Positions 27,043 through 40,884 are shown, counted from the first letter of the whole stretch. The stretch: 63,847 nucleotides of DNA, filler included, from Octopus bimaculoides (GCF_001194135.2; 5 parts of 5 records of this genome joined end to end with filler, not necessarily neighbours in it), one strand, 5' to 3'. A program made the numbers and translations. Notes: generated by a model not told the origin, from the letters alone.

Positions 27043-27343
27043 CTAGCCAGTGCATTGGTTTGGAATACAGAGAGCTAAGGATGATCCCGTGATTATCTGC
27101 TGGGGCAACCCCTAAAAAGTAAAATGAAATAAAACATATCACAGCCCCTTTGAACCTCTTGAAGACTCTCACTTCATGGAGCCCAAAAACAGTCTTATTC
27201 CATCCTGATAAATTTTTCTTGAAAGCCCTAATTGCAGGCACCATATTTTGGCAAATGTTAACAGAATAAAACCGTATAACAAATGACTGTTGAACGAATT
27301 GATATTTTCTCCTTTTCTCTATCACGTCTTCCAACCGGGTTTT
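27043..27343 (-). CDS. Candidate two-exon 3' end of an unidentified gene (27343-27173 joined to 27111-27043)
   Basis: Acceptor ttacag|, donor GAA|GTGAGA, 61-nt intron ending in ttttatttcattttactttttag|. Phase 0 join gives KTRLEDVIEKRRKYQFVQQSF...SGWNKTVFGLHE-GLPQQIITGSSLALCIPNQCTG*. Lies within the 188-aa ORF 27002-27568. Confidence 0.3.
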
Positions 27344-28099
27344 CTGTAACACTACGGTCCAATGAAATGTTGTAAGGGGTTCTGCGTGAAATACTGATAA
27401 ATAAGCTGGTTGTAAAATGTATGAGGAAGACGCAGAATAGTGAAAATTCAAACAAAACACATTTATCCATTCTGAATCTGTTTTGACAGATTCCATCATG
27501 AATATCTTGAACGCTGTTGTTTTTTTTACTCGGAGAATATCTGCTCCCTTTAAACGATGTACATTCATAATATACGCAATTCATCGGTGTCAGGAGATTT
27601 TGAGATACTGCGGTGTTTCGACCTTATTGTGTGTCTCCTCAATCAAGGCTCCACAACTGAAATCTAACAGAAGTACACATTCTTGTTTATTGAAATCAGC
27701 GAAACAAATTATTTGCTGATGCATGCAGATGTCTTCCAAACAGATAATTCACGTGGTGCGCGCAGAACAATGAGAATTCGAATAATGATTTACCTGTTCA
27801 TTCTCGGTATGTTCTGGCAGATTCGAACGTGAATATCTGATTGCTATTGTTTCTGAAAATTATTGAACGTCATAGATACCCCTCAACATTTCCAGCGTCC
27901 CTTGGAAGTCCATATAATCTCAATTGGTCCATATAATCTCAGTTGAGGGACTAAACTGAGAACTGTATAACATTCAGCCGAACGTTAATGCACGTCTCTA
28001 AACCGTACGGTACTTCTTTTATTGACCTTGAAAATTATGAAAAGGCAAGTTCAACTCCCCAGAGCAGGCATGGACAGCCTTTTTCGAAAAGCAGGTCGC

Positions 28100-28532
28100 A
28101 TGAGATATAGATAATCATTGAAAAGCTTATCGGCATTTCGTCTGTTTTTACGTTCTGAGTTCAAATTCAGTTGGGGTTGACGTCTCCTTTCATCCTCTCA
28201 CAGTCGATAAGATAAGTACCGGTTGATCACTGGCGTCGATGTAATTGACTTAACCCCTCCCCCGAAAATTGCTGGCCTTGTGCCAAAATTTGAAACCAGT
28301 ATTGTTGTTACAAAAAGGCAGCGAGCTGGTAGAACCGCTAGGACACCGGACAAAATGTTTTGCGGCATTTTGCCCGTCTTTTACATTCTGTGTTCAAGTT
28401 CCACCGAAGTCAACTTTGCCTTTCACCCTTTCGGGGGTCGATAAAATAAGAATCAGTTGAGCACTGGCATCGGTGTAATCAACTTTCCCCTCTCATACGA
28501 AATTCCTGGCCTTGTGCCAAAATTTGAAATCA
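28100..28532 (+). mobile_element. Two tandem SINE family A copies
   Basis: Two heads and two tails (GCTGGCCTTGTGCCAAAATTTGAAA at about 28271 and 28506). Confidence 0.85.
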
Positions 28533-29244
28533 ATGTCCGCTGATTAAAAAGGGTCTCTTGCTAGAAGACCCACTACAGTATCGGATAAGAGGCCTCACAA
28601 TATTTATTTGTATTTCTTTCACGTTCCGAGTTCAAATCACTCGAGGTTTGCTTCCTTTTTTTATTCTTCTAAAATGAACAAAATATTTTCTCATCAAGAT
28701 CTTGTACCCATTGGGTCGTGTTAGAATCAATATTAAACTCATAACAAAAGATGGATTGGTTAGTACAAAACGCGATTAAATTAATTGTAGTCGATATATT
28801 TTAAGCCCAATCACACAGACGAGATCAATATGGTTGATGTTCCGCTTAAACTTTCGCAGAATAGTGTCTGTAGCACACACACACACAAAAGTAAATAGAT
28901 AAATAAAGAAAGAAAGAAAGAAACGAAATGGAAATGAATTAATTTTAAAATCGTGGGTACTCTGGGGGATGAGGCAATGTTCAGTGTATGGTTTCTAAAG
29001 TAACACTCAACATGGCTGCTTTGAGAAATCATTTGAAACATCGAGGCGAGGCGAAGCATTTGTTGCAACTCTGAGTGATTTAACTGCGTGATTTTGTTCA
29101 TCTTCTTGTTTTTGTTTACCACCATGTCGATCTTTCTCTAAAGCGAACTGACCTCGATTTCAGGACTGTTTCAATCCCATTTGAAACTATTTCACTTCAC
29201 TGACATCTTTACTGTCTGTGGGTAGATGATAGGTACAAACTACA

Positions 29245-29290
<46 letters not shown>

Positions 29291-29541
29291 CACACACAGA
29301 GTCTGCAATGTAAACGTGTGTCATTAAAATTTTGGAAAATACCTGTACAGTTATCTGCAGAATGGTCAAATTAATTTAAAAGACACGAAAAAGCTGAAAT
29401 ATTATCAATTTTATTTAGTGCTTTCAGCGGTCAACGTACAAACAAACAAACAAACAAACAAACTATGCTTTTTATAAGAATAGAGTTAGATATATACACA
29501 CATTACATATCTTTCTAACTAGCTATATATACATGCATGCA

Positions 29542-29575
<34 letters not shown>

Positions 29576-30214
29576 NNNNNNNNNNNNNNNNNNNNNNNNN
29601 NNNNNNNNNNNNNNNNNNNNNNNNNNNNNNNNNNNNNNNNNNNNNNNNNNNNNNNNNNNNNNNNNNNNNNNNNNNNNNNNNNNNNNNNNNNNNNNNNNNN
29701 NNNNNNNNNNNNNNNNNNNNNNNNNNNNNNNNNNNNNNNNNNNNNNNNNNNNNNNNNNNNNNNNNNNNNNNNNNNNNNNNNNNNNNNNNNNNNNNNNNNN
29801 NNNNNNNNNNNNNNNNNNNNNNNNNNNNNNNNNNNNNNNNNNNNNNNNNNNNNNNNNNNNNNNNNNNNNNNNNNNNNNNNNNNNNNNNNNNNNNNNNNNN
29901 NNNNNNNNNNNNNNNNNNNNNNNNNNNNNNNNNNNNNNNNNNNNNNNNNNNNNNNNNNNNNNNNNNNNNNNNNNNNNNNNNNNNNNNNNNNNNNNNNNNN
30001 NNNNNNNNNNNNNNNNNNNNNNNNNNNNNNNNNNNNNNNNNNNNNNNNNNNNNNNNNNNNNNNNNNNNNNNNNNNNNNNNNNGGTGTGGTGTGATGTGAG
30101 GGTGTTGGGAGGTGGGGAAGGCATGGGTGGAGTGTGGGTTAGGCTTAGGGTGGGGTAGTGGTAGGGGTCTGTGGGTAGGGGTGGGTGGTGGGTGTATATA
30201 TATATATATATATA

Positions 30215-30496
30215 TATATACTCTTTACTCTTTTACTCTTTTACTTGTTTCAGTCATTTGACTGCGGCCATGCTGGAGCACCGCTTTTAGTCATATAAAT
30301 TGACCCCAGGACTTATTCTTTGTAAGCTTAGTACTTAATTTACTGGTCTTTGCCGAACTGTAAAATTACGGGGACGTAAACACACTAATATTGGTTGTCA
30401 AGCAATGATGGGGGTACAAACACAGACACACAAATATATACAATCATACATACTTACATACATACATACACAATACATACATATATATATACATAC

Positions 30497-30532
<36 letters not shown>

Positions 30533-30640
30533 GTATATATGTATGTATATATGTATGTATATATACGACGGGCTTCTTTCAGTTTCCATCTACGTAATCC
30601 ATGTGGTTGAGAAGCAAACTTCTTACTACACAGCCTCACC
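30215..30640 (-). mobile_element. SINE family B
   Basis: (CTTTTACT)n tail, GTCATTTGACTGCGGCCATGCTGGAGCACCG, GACGGGCTTCTTTCAGTTTCC. Confidence 0.9.
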
Positions 30641-30658
30641 TATATGTGTGTGTGTGTA

Positions 30659-30708
<50 letters not shown>

Positions 30709-31698
30709 AATATATATACTTACAACAAGTGATAGAGGCATGCTCATACACGGTAGATCCCATATGGTTTTCTTTAGAATACAAACTAGCCGAATAACAT
30801 CTCATAGATATATCGCCGAAAATGCTTTTAGAAGCATTAATATTGTAATGAACGATCCAGAAATGAAGATTAGTACACTCCTTGAAGGCATATGATGTAG
30901 TACATGATATAACATTATATAATACAATATATTTCAAGAAATAATTTAATATATGATGTAATATATCATGTTATATACTATCTAGTGCCTGTGGTATTAA
31001 TGAAAAGGATTGTCAAATGACTAATTCGCCTGAATAGCCTTTAATAACGTATCTATATTGTTTTTGCTATTGTCAGATGTCATATTAGGATGACAAACAA
31101 CTGCAACATGTCCATGGCAAATAGGGTACAGCTGTTAACATATTGTATTGAGAAGTAGCTTTGTTGTCAGGATATTGTTGTTGAGAAGTGACATTGTAAT
31201 GACAACATATATCACCACCCCTTTGCGCCAGCAATGCTAAGCAGGCATGACACAATTACAGCAGGAAGACACCTTTAGATTAATTGCTTTGGTGACTATT
31301 AATCTTTTACAAGCATCAACAAATTTCTGAATCATCTTTACAAACAGACAATTACGCCGTGAAAGAGTCATTTTAGCCCATTTAAGAACACACAAAAACT
31401 ATTGTATTAAATTTTCATTTTATGTTTTGAATAATGTTGTATGTTATGAAATGACTAAATGTTTCGTCGCACGTATCCAACATGGTCAATGACACATTTT
31501 AGTCGCATATGCTGATACCGACTGCGTGGTGTAGGCACATGAGTAGCTGTATGGTTAAGAAGCTCACTTTCGAATCACGTGGTTTTGGGCTTTGTCCTAC
31601 TGGATGGCAACTCGAGCAAGTATCTTTTACTATAGCCTCGACCTAACCAATACTTTCTGAGTAAAATTCATGCACGGAAACTGAGTGGAAAATATATA

Positions 31699-32061
31699 CA
31701 GGGTGATTCAAAAGTCGCCATACATAGGAACAATTCATCTTTTTATAAGAAACAGTTTATTAGAACTGTGTTTTTATTTATTTAACAGGCTCTATATGGT
31801 TACCATTGTTTTGAATACACATTGCAATACGTTTACCTCATTCATTGTGAACTCGTAATAGCACATCTGGTGATACGTGTGCAAATGAGCTGGCGATGCG
31901 TTCCTTCAAATGATTTATACCTTTATCTTTCCGCGATACACCATGCCTTTCAAATGCCCCCAAAGATAGAAATCAAGAGGGATCAGATCAGGGGATCTTA
32001 TAAACTGTTTCTTATAAAAGAATAATTTTTTCCTATGTATGGAGACTTTTGAATCACCCTT
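31699..32061 (-). mobile_element. Internally deleted Tc1/mariner element with about 60-bp TIRs and TA duplication
   Basis: CAGGGTGATTCAAAAGTC.CCATACATAGGA ... TCCTATGTATGGAGACTTTTGAATCACCCT, with TA on both sides. Interior retains the transposase C-terminus RSPDLIPLDFYLWGHLKGMVY / HLKERIA...RIAMCIQNNGNHIE. Confidence 0.9.
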
Positions 32062-32067
32062 TATATG

Positions 32068-32460
32068 TAGGTATAGGCGTGGATCTGTGATAAGACACTT
32101 ACTTCCGAACCAGTCCCACTGTACAACACGTTACAATCCCACTATACAACATGTTGAGCAAGTGTCTTCCACTGTAGTCCCGGGATGACTAAAGCCTTGT
32201 GAGTGGATTTGGTGAAGGGAAACTGAAAAAAGTCTGTCCTGTGTATGTGTATGTATACATACATATAATGGATATGTAGGTCTTCGTATTTGTGTTTGAC
32301 TTCACCACTGCTTGACAACCAGTGTTGGTTTGTTCACGTCCCTGTAACATTGCTGCTCATAAAAAAATAAGTACTAGGATTGATTTGTTCAACCAAAGCA
32401 CCCTTCAAGGTAGTACTGCAGCACGGCCGTAGTCCAGTAAGTGAAACAATTAAAAGATGA
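32068..32460 (+). mobile_element. SINE family B, diverged
   Basis: GAGCAAGTGTCTTC, AAAGCCTTGTGAGTGGATTTGG, GCTTGACAACC. Confidence 0.8.
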
Positions 32461-32666
32461 AAGAGACCGCGGTGCAATTGGGTTCATTCGTTTCCGTTGT
32501 TCCTCTGTTTCTCTTGTTTTTCTTTCTGGTTGTTTGCTATATTTCTTAAGCTTACCAATATATATTTTATTTTTTATCTTTTATCTTCTACTTGTGTCAG
32601 TCAGTAGACTGCGGCCATGCTGGTGCATTGCTTTGAAGAACTTTAGTCGAACGAATCGTTCGACCC

Positions 32667-33051
32667 CCGTTTGTGTTTGTTGGCACTCAGTCGCTTACGA
32701 CGTTGAGGGTTCCAGTTGATCCGATCAACGGAATAGCCTACTCGTGAAATTAACGTGCAAGTGGCTGAGCACTCCACAGACACGTGTACCCTTAACGTAG
32801 TTCTCGGGGATATTCAGCGTGACAGTGTGACAAGGCTTTGAATTACAGGCACAACAGGAACAGGAAGTAAGAGTGAGAGAAAGTTGTGGTGAAAGAGTAC
32901 AGCAGGGTTCGCCACCATCCCCTGCCGGAGCCTCGTGGAGCTTTAGCTGTTTTCGCCCAATAAACACTCACAACGCCCGGTCTGGGAATCGAAACCGCGA
33001 TCCTATAACCGCGAGTCCGCTGCCCTAACCACTGGGCCATTGCGCCTCCAC
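32667..33051 (-). mobile_element. Young SINE family C copy nested in a family B copy (32590-33395)
   Basis: Intact tRNA-like head (reverse complement GGAGGCGCAATGGCCCAGTGGTTAGGGCAGCGGACTCGC..GGTTTCGATTCCC). Flanking duplication TCGACCC at 32660-32666 and 33052-33058. The host SINE resumes after it. Confidence 0.9.
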
Positions 33052-33832
33052 TCGACCCATCCAGTACTTATTTATTTTTTCTTAAGCCTGATACTTATTC
33101 CATCGGTCTCTTTCGTCAAACAGTTTGCTTACGGGGACATAAACACATCGACACTAGTTGTCAAGAGGTGGTGAGAGGCAAGCACAGACACAAAGACACA
33201 CACACACACACACACACAAACTCATATATAAACACACACACACATACACGCACAATGGGCTATGAGCTTCTTTCATTTTCTGTCTATGAAATCTGATCAC
33301 AAAACTTTGGTCGTCTCGAGAGTACTGTAGAAGACAGTTGCCCAAAGTGTCAAGCAGTGGGACTGAACCCGGAACCATGTAGTTGGGAAGCAAACAACAG
33401 TTATTTTATTCGTGAATTACTTTTGTATTGTTTTCATTTAAAAATATGTTATTGAAACTTGGACTTGTTGCTCGACGGCATTGTTGCTGTTTGAACTTTA
33501 GGCATGCGATCCTCGGTCAATTTTCAGGTCAATTCCTCTGTTTCATTTATCTGTCTGTATTGAATATATATTTATTTAATTATCATTACTACCTTTTTCT
33601 TTATATATAGTAGCTATATATTTTTTAAATTTTTTATGCTGTAATTGTTTCAGTCTCAACGCACTCTCAAATCACGTACGCTCCGAAATTGCAAGGATAA
33701 TTTGGATCTCGACTGAAGAAAGAAAACTCCGAATGACCTGTCCGTGTCTTCTTTGTATCGTCTATCTGGGTGCTTTGTCCCTTTCTTGTATCACCTAACT
33801 GTCTGGGTGTTTTGTATTCTTGTCCCATTCTG

Positions 33833-33874
<42 letters not shown>

Positions 33875-34169
33875 AGTTATCTATAATAGATTATATTGTG
33901 ACGTAGTTACTCATCACCAATTATTGTAGTGTCACCGCTATTTATGACGATACTTGTTTACACTATATCTGTATAGTAACAATAAAATATATAACGAAAC
34001 AGGATAACAACAACGTAACAGTGCAACAAACTCTCCACGAACTATACACGAACCAACAAATAATATTCTGACAAACTGCCAAAACTATACCTTACGACTT
34101 CCTACAATTAACGCCTACCCTGTCTGTCTCTCATTTCAGATCGCTACTATTTATAGTTGTTCGGTCCAA

Positions 34170-34660
34170 TCTATTCCCGCAGGGAGTGTCGTGACTCTCA
34201 CCACAACAGATTATTAGCTATCTGCAGCGCCGCCGTGAGTTCTACATCATTTGCACAATGTGGAGGATATATCACCAGCATTGCCCAAACGATCTTCACT
34301 TTAGATTCAGAATGCATCCAAGACTGGGACTGCATGTCATACGACCCCTACACACTAGAAGCTCACGACATAAATTAGCTGCAACACAATTTCTTGTTCT
34401 CAACAGGCCCTGCTCTACTTAACATTATCCCCAAACAAATCAAAGAAGATTCCATCACTTTCAAATGAATCCTGGACAAATTTCTTCAAGGAATACCAGA
34501 TAAGCTACCTATACCTGGATATATCTCAGCCAACAAAAATCTCCCTATTTGAATGGGCCATGATACCACACAAAACTTGACTTAAAAATGACTTAACAGA
34601 TCCTATCAGGTGCTGCTATTAAGTTAAACATAGTCTGGACTATTCTTTGCCCGAAACATA
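34170..34660 (+). mobile_element. CR1/L2-type LINE 3' end, decayed
   Basis: LQRRRE.Y, HPRLG, HNF..TGPALLN, FK*ILDKFLQGIPDK.P.PGYIS are characteristic terminal ORF2 motifs. Confidence 0.7.
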
Positions 34661-35643
34661 TCTAAGTTATCTAAGTATATCCACATGCCTTAACTAATAG
34701 ATTATTATTTTCACTTCTTTCAGTCAATGGCTGCTTTGAAGGAGTCAGTCGAACAAATCAACTCCAGTACTTATTCATAAGTCTGGTACTATTCTGTTAG
34801 TATCTTCCGCCGAATTGCTGGCTTCTGAGGAAGTAAAGAAACCAACATCGGTTATCATGGTGGGGGGGACAAACACAACTCAAACACAACACAAATTTTT
34901 ACTTCGACCGCAGGCTATTGCAACGCTTGTGGCTTGTTAATCACTGTTTTTCTATAACAGTAGATAGACTACTATCTATCTAAGCATTTGGTGATAGTGA
35001 ATACTGCTACCGAAGACACACAAACACGCAGAAATCCCGAACTTAGCAATTCCGAAACTGATGCAGATAACTAATTCGTTTGTTATTGATGTTTCTGTGC
35101 TTTTTAATACTATACATCAATACGAAATCCTTTCTGGAGACGAATACTGCAGCATTGTGACTTTGTTATAAATATCCACGTTAAGTAAGATTTACAGATC
35201 ATTATATATATGAAAATGGAACAAAAACGCAATAGAGGGCATTAAGACGTTCGGACAGATAGATGACAGAAAGGCGGACAAGAGAAACAACAATCAGAAG
35301 GACAGGCAAAAAAGACGGGTCATTCTTGGCTTTCTTTCATCAGTCAAGTCCCAGAAGTCACGACCATTTCAGAAAGTTACACTTGAGTTGGTTCGATCTG
35401 GTTGTTCCCAAAAATGTCTAAGCTAAGAGCATTAGACCCCTTTGTAAGAAAGCTAGCGAATGTGTACAGCAACAAAGACGAAAAACAAACAAACAAACAA
35501 ACAAACAAAACGGAGAACATGGTACACAATTACGAATACAACAAGAAATAACAATAGGTGTCTTTCGACTAAGAACGATTCAAATTGAGCTGGCGTCTAT
35601 GAAGTAAAAGCCTAAAGGCAGGGACATGAGAGATTAACATATA

Positions 35644-35676
<33 letters not shown>

Positions 35677-35886
35677 CCATATATATATATATATACATAT
35701 ATATNNNNNNNNNNNNNNNNNNNNNNNNNNNNNNNNNNNNNNNNNNNNTTAATTAATTAANNNNNNNNNNNNNNNNNNNNNNNNNNNNNNNNNNNNNNNN
35801 NNNNATACATACATACATACATACATACATACACATACATACGTACATATATATATATATATATACATATGTATATCTTTATATAA

Positions 35887-35934
<48 letters not shown>

Positions 35935-36064
35935 ATATATATATGCATATATATATGTATATATGTAATATACATATATATGTACATATATATAAGAAAA
36001 TGTATATATATATATATATATATATATGCATACACGTGCACATTTAATGAAATAAAGACATACA

Positions 36065-36101
<37 letters not shown>

Positions 36102-36403
36102 TTATGTATACATATATATATATATATATATACATGTATATGAATGTATGTATGTATATAATTGTGTGTGTGTGTGTGTGTGTGTGTGTGCTAGTATATA
36201 TGTATATATATACTTTTGTTATTTAAAATCAGAGAATCAAATTGTTTTAAATTATAATATATGTGACACCCAATAAATGTGATAAGTACTTCTTTCATTC
36301 GTTTTTATTCACTCACTGGCATGTATGCGTGCGTGTGTGTGTGTATGTATGCGCTTATGTATATATACATATATATACATATATGCATATATATATATTT
36401 ATA

Positions 36404-36460
<57 letters not shown>

Positions 36461-37545
36461 NNNNNNNNNNNNNNNNNNNNNNNNNNNNNNNNNNNNNNNN
36501 NNNNNNNNNNNNNNNNNNNNNNNNNNNNNNNNNNNNNNNNNNNNNNNNNNNNNNNNNNNNNNNNNNNNNNNNNNNNNNNNNNNNNNNNNNNNNNNNNNNN
36601 NNNNNNNNNNNNNNNNNNNNNNNNNNNNNNNNNNNNNNNNNNNNNNNNNNNNNNNNNNNNNNNNNNNNNNNNNNNNNNNNNNNNNNNNNNNNNNNNNNNN
36701 NNNNNNNNNNNNNNNNNNNNNNNNNNNNNNNNNNNNNNNNNNNNNNNNNNNNNNNNNNNNNNNNNNNNNNNNNNNNNNNNNNNNNNNNNNNNNNNNNNNN
36801 NNNNNNNNNNNNNNNNNNNNNNNNNNNNNNNNNNNNNNNNNNNNNNNNNNNNNNNNNNNNNNNNNNNNNNNNNNNNNNNNNNNNNNNNNNNNNNNNNNNN
36901 NNNNNNNNNNNNNNNNNNNNNNNNNNNNNNNNNNNNNNNNNNNNNNNNNNNNNNNATATATATATATATATACAGATATATATATATATACATATATATA
37001 TATACATATATATGTATATATATATACATATATGTATATGTATATACATATGTATATGTTTATATATATATAATTGTGTGTGTGTATACATCCATTTATT
37101 CTCCTATTTAATCATTGATATATGTAAATATGAATCCCACATAACTGGGGTATGTATATATGTATGCATTTATGGATGTATGTATGTACGTACGTATGTA
37201 TACATGTATATATATATACACAGATAAACACACACGTGTATACACATATATATATATGCACGTATCTATCTATCTACATATCTATCTATATATGTATATA
37301 TGTATACATACTTACAGACACACACACACAAGCATATACAAGTATATATACACTGACATGCACTCACATCTATATATAATGTAGTATGTTTATATTCACA
37401 TATATACACTTGTTCGAGCGTTATGGTGTGGACGTATATATACGTATTACATTGTGTACGTTTGTGCGTCCGTCCCTATACATTTGCATGGTCCATATAC
37501 AGACATGCGTATGCACCGATAAACATATATGCGCCTCTATGTTAC

Positions 37546-37605
37546 GAGAGCGCTGTTTTAATTATTGTATCAGAATCTGTCGCTCCACAGTACAGCATGA
37601 AGCGG
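37546..37605 (-). CDS. Candidate 60-nt symmetric exon (RFMLYCGATDSDTIIKTALS)
   Basis: Strong acceptor ctttttgtctgcccctttaatag|, donor CTC|GTAACA, frame-preserving, unique island between microsatellites. Confidence 0.25.
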
Positions 37606-37860
37606 CTATTAAAGGGGCAGACAAAAAGTTGTTATAGGAGCTTGTACAATTGCGCACACGCGTTCTCACGTCTCCCCCTCCCCCTCCACGTCTCACACAT
37701 TCGTACACACCACACATACTCACACACACAGCACATGCATTTATGCATACATACACACACACACACATATATATATATATAGACATACATTCGTACATAC
37801 ATGCATGCATATGTATATATATATATATATACATCTTTATGTACGTGCATGTATATTCAA

Positions 37861-37906
<46 letters not shown>

Positions 37907-38699
37907 AAACACACACATATACATATTAGTGGTGGAGTGTGTACACTTAATTAGTGAACAAATACTAGTGGCAGACGAGTCTTTTCAACGCGATCGGTCG
38001 ATAATTTTGATTCATAAGAGGGAAGAACAGAATAGAGAATAAGAGAATAAGAGAATAGAGAGAATAGAGAATGGAGTGAATAGAGAGTGTAGTCTGTGCA
38101 AATAACAGCAGCATGTAAACATATGATTGGTGGTGGCGGCGGCGGCGGTGGTGGTGGTGGGGATGGTTGTTTAGGCGGTGGTGGCGGTGGTCGTGTACGA
38201 TGTTGTCATCGTTATTATGATGGTATTGGTGGTGGCTAGTGTGGTTGTGATGATGCCGGTTTTGTCGGTGGTGGTGGCCATGGTAGTATGGGTGGTGTTG
38301 GTGGTTAATAGGATAGTAGAGTGTATTGCTCTGGCGGTGGTATATAACGTGGTAGTTAGTGTAGCCATACATAGTTTGTGATGCGGTTATAGTTTTAGTG
38401 ATGATGGTTGAGGTATTGGCGGAGGTAGTGAAGTGGTTGTAGAGTTTGTTGCTGTGTGGGGATGGTGGTGGTAACGGTGGGAGAAGTTAGTGTGCTTGAC
38501 TCTAAATATGGCGGTAATTGTGGTGATGATGGTGATAATGGCGTGAGTAGTCACCGTGGTAGCGATTCTGGTCATTTTTGTGACGCTTAAGGTGGTGATT
38601 AGTGCGGTAGTGGGGCTGTGTGTGATAGGTAATGAGGTAGTTGTAGTGGTGCTGGTGGTGGTCGAGGGTAACGCTAGTATGAGGCGCTTCATATCAGCT

Positions 38700-40251
38700 G
38701 ATTTGCCAGGCCTTGGCCAATTTATTTCATTTAAGTACAACATCTGTACTTCAAGTTAGCCCCATAAGAAACAACTGTATCGGTGGCTCATTGAAACCAT
38801 CCTCTTAAACAAGACTTTCTACTTTGCTCACATAGTTAAAACGCACTGACCAAATCTCCTCGCTGGTTGACTGAAAATATACTGCAGCAATTCAACTAAA
38901 AATCATGGTTCCCAGGAGTAAACTTTATCCTAAACCTTCAAATTTCAAACTTCAAACTTTCAGTCCATCAAACCGAATGACTTTTACACAACACCGGAAC
39001 ACCTACAAGATTGTCCTCAAACTATGAGCTTTTCTCCATTCATTGTGCTCCCTGAGAACGCTTCTGGTAATCAAATTGCAGCCAAACATTACATTCTCTC
39101 CCCAATGTGGACCCCCGGTAACTTTGAAAAATCCCCTGTCATCTATTTCTTAATCATAATAGTTCTTCAAGTAGGGTTCACGTGGAGAAGTCTTTCCCCA
39201 CTTCCCATATTATCTGGTTCTCCTTCACTGGGGTTACTATTCTGAATGCATGCCCAATAAGTTCGAAATTATTCCTACTGGTTTCAAGTAAATTAGACCA
39301 TTTTTCCTGACAACGATTCTTTCGTTAGCCCCAGACAGAGCACCATAAATTTAGTTTATATTTCCTCTAAACTCCTCAATTTATCTCTTTCTACTGGTAT
39401 ATGTCCTGATCTTTAGAACCACGCAACAACATGTCTCATTTTTAAGACGAGAAGCCTTTCTGACTATCGTCTTATTGTAGTCACTCAATCAATTAAAAGC
39501 TGTTACAGACAAAAATGAACAAAAATCCTGTCCACTAGTACAACTACTGCAAGCCAAATATACTGGAGGCCTACCCTCATGTGTTACTTATTGATGGACT
39601 CTTGCCTCGAGGAATAATGTCAAGCAGTGTTGTTGCACTCGATATTATCAAGACTTCCATTAACTACATATGGTTCAGTGAGCTCCTTTCAGCTTGTATC
39701 ATCCTGGTACAGGCTCATGTATCTCTCTCTAACCGATATACTTTAAACTCTGATGTACTACGAATTTAGCTTTTTTCCTCTACATAGTTTCTTTATTATA
39801 TTGATGCATTACATTTCACCATCTTCAATAAGACTCACTCTTATGCAATATCGCTCTTCTTTTCTCTCTTACCTTCAACAGAGGTGCGCCATCATCCACA
39901 TACAAACAAGACATCTCACACCAACTCCACTCTGATTCTATAAACAAAGACCTTAAAAGCCTCCTTCAATGGTTTCATGACAATCTCATCCCTTTCATTA
40001 ATGCAAAAATTCCTTCCTCTCTGACAGCCTAATCCCTTGAATAGGAAAACCTCACAACTAGAATCCCTAAGGTCAATAAAGATCTCATCAGGTTAACGAA
40101 TATCTTCCACTTACAAAAACTGTACCACAATGACACGACTTTCACTCCACAGTCAGAAAGTGTTTCTGTTCCCAACCGTGACTTCTCTTCAGAGTTCAGA
40201 TAAGACTTATCACAGAGTACTGCTACCACTCTTAGGTCTGCACAACAACGT

Positions 40252-40303
<52 letters not shown>

Positions 40304-40330
40304 CATTCAATGATCTCCACACCATTTTTT
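38700..40330 (+). mobile_element. Highly decayed CR1/L2/Jockey-superfamily LINE
   Basis: Remnant motifs VVALDIIK..N.IW.SELL (cf. ALDI.KAFD.VWH..LL), SINKDLKSLLQWFHDNL..NAK, and DYR.IVVT. Confidence 0.55.
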
Positions 40331-40399
40331 GGGCCACTGATGTACAATCCTGCATTTCTCTCCCTCTCTCTCTTTCCCTCACTCACCTTCATTCACTTT

Positions 40400-40438
<39 letters not shown>

Positions 40439-40848
40439 GCTATTCTAAAACTACTACAGTGTCCGCCGTGTCTCAGATCAAGTTCCTGTCTTATAATCTC
40501 TATTGAAACATTCTCTGGTCACATGTCTCTCCTATTGCGCCTACTTCCTGACCGCAACCAATCATTAATTCCAGTTCTTTCCCCCCAGTATATATTCCCT
40601 GTCTGCATGTAGGTTTTTCTGCGTCTTTAATTTGGTAAATGTCCAAGAGAGACACTGAGGATGTCAATCTCAAGACCTCAGTGGGTCTTTGCAAGACAAT
40701 GAGTAAATGGAGAGATGATACAGATATGGATTTAGAGAGAGACAAGGGAAGTAACCCGGCTATAAGTACCGGGAGTGTGAGTTGGGGAGAGACAAACAGT
40801 GAGAAGAGAGGGAGAGAGAGAATGAAAATGTGCGTGTTAGATAGAAAC

Positions 40849-40884
<36 letters not shown>

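Noticed and set aside
28960-29215. Minus-strand protein-like stretches (DSKDVSEVK*; EKDRHGGKQKQEDEQ...SKQPC*)
   Set aside because: Short, in conflicting frames, no recognisable homology, and no supported upstream exon.
30735-30895. 51-aa ORF ending IQTSRITSHRYIAENAFRSINIVMNDPEMKISTLLEGI*
   Set aside because: Too short; could be an ancient RTE remnant; no donor/acceptor chain.
32990-33050. tRNA-like sequences with A/B boxes
   Set aside because: These are SINE heads continuing into SINE bodies; no complete cloverleaf, so not called as tRNA genes.
37965-38743. His-rich and Thr-rich ORFs on the minus strand
   Set aside because: Derived from a degenerate (GGT)n/(GAT)n tract; open in several frames on both strands.
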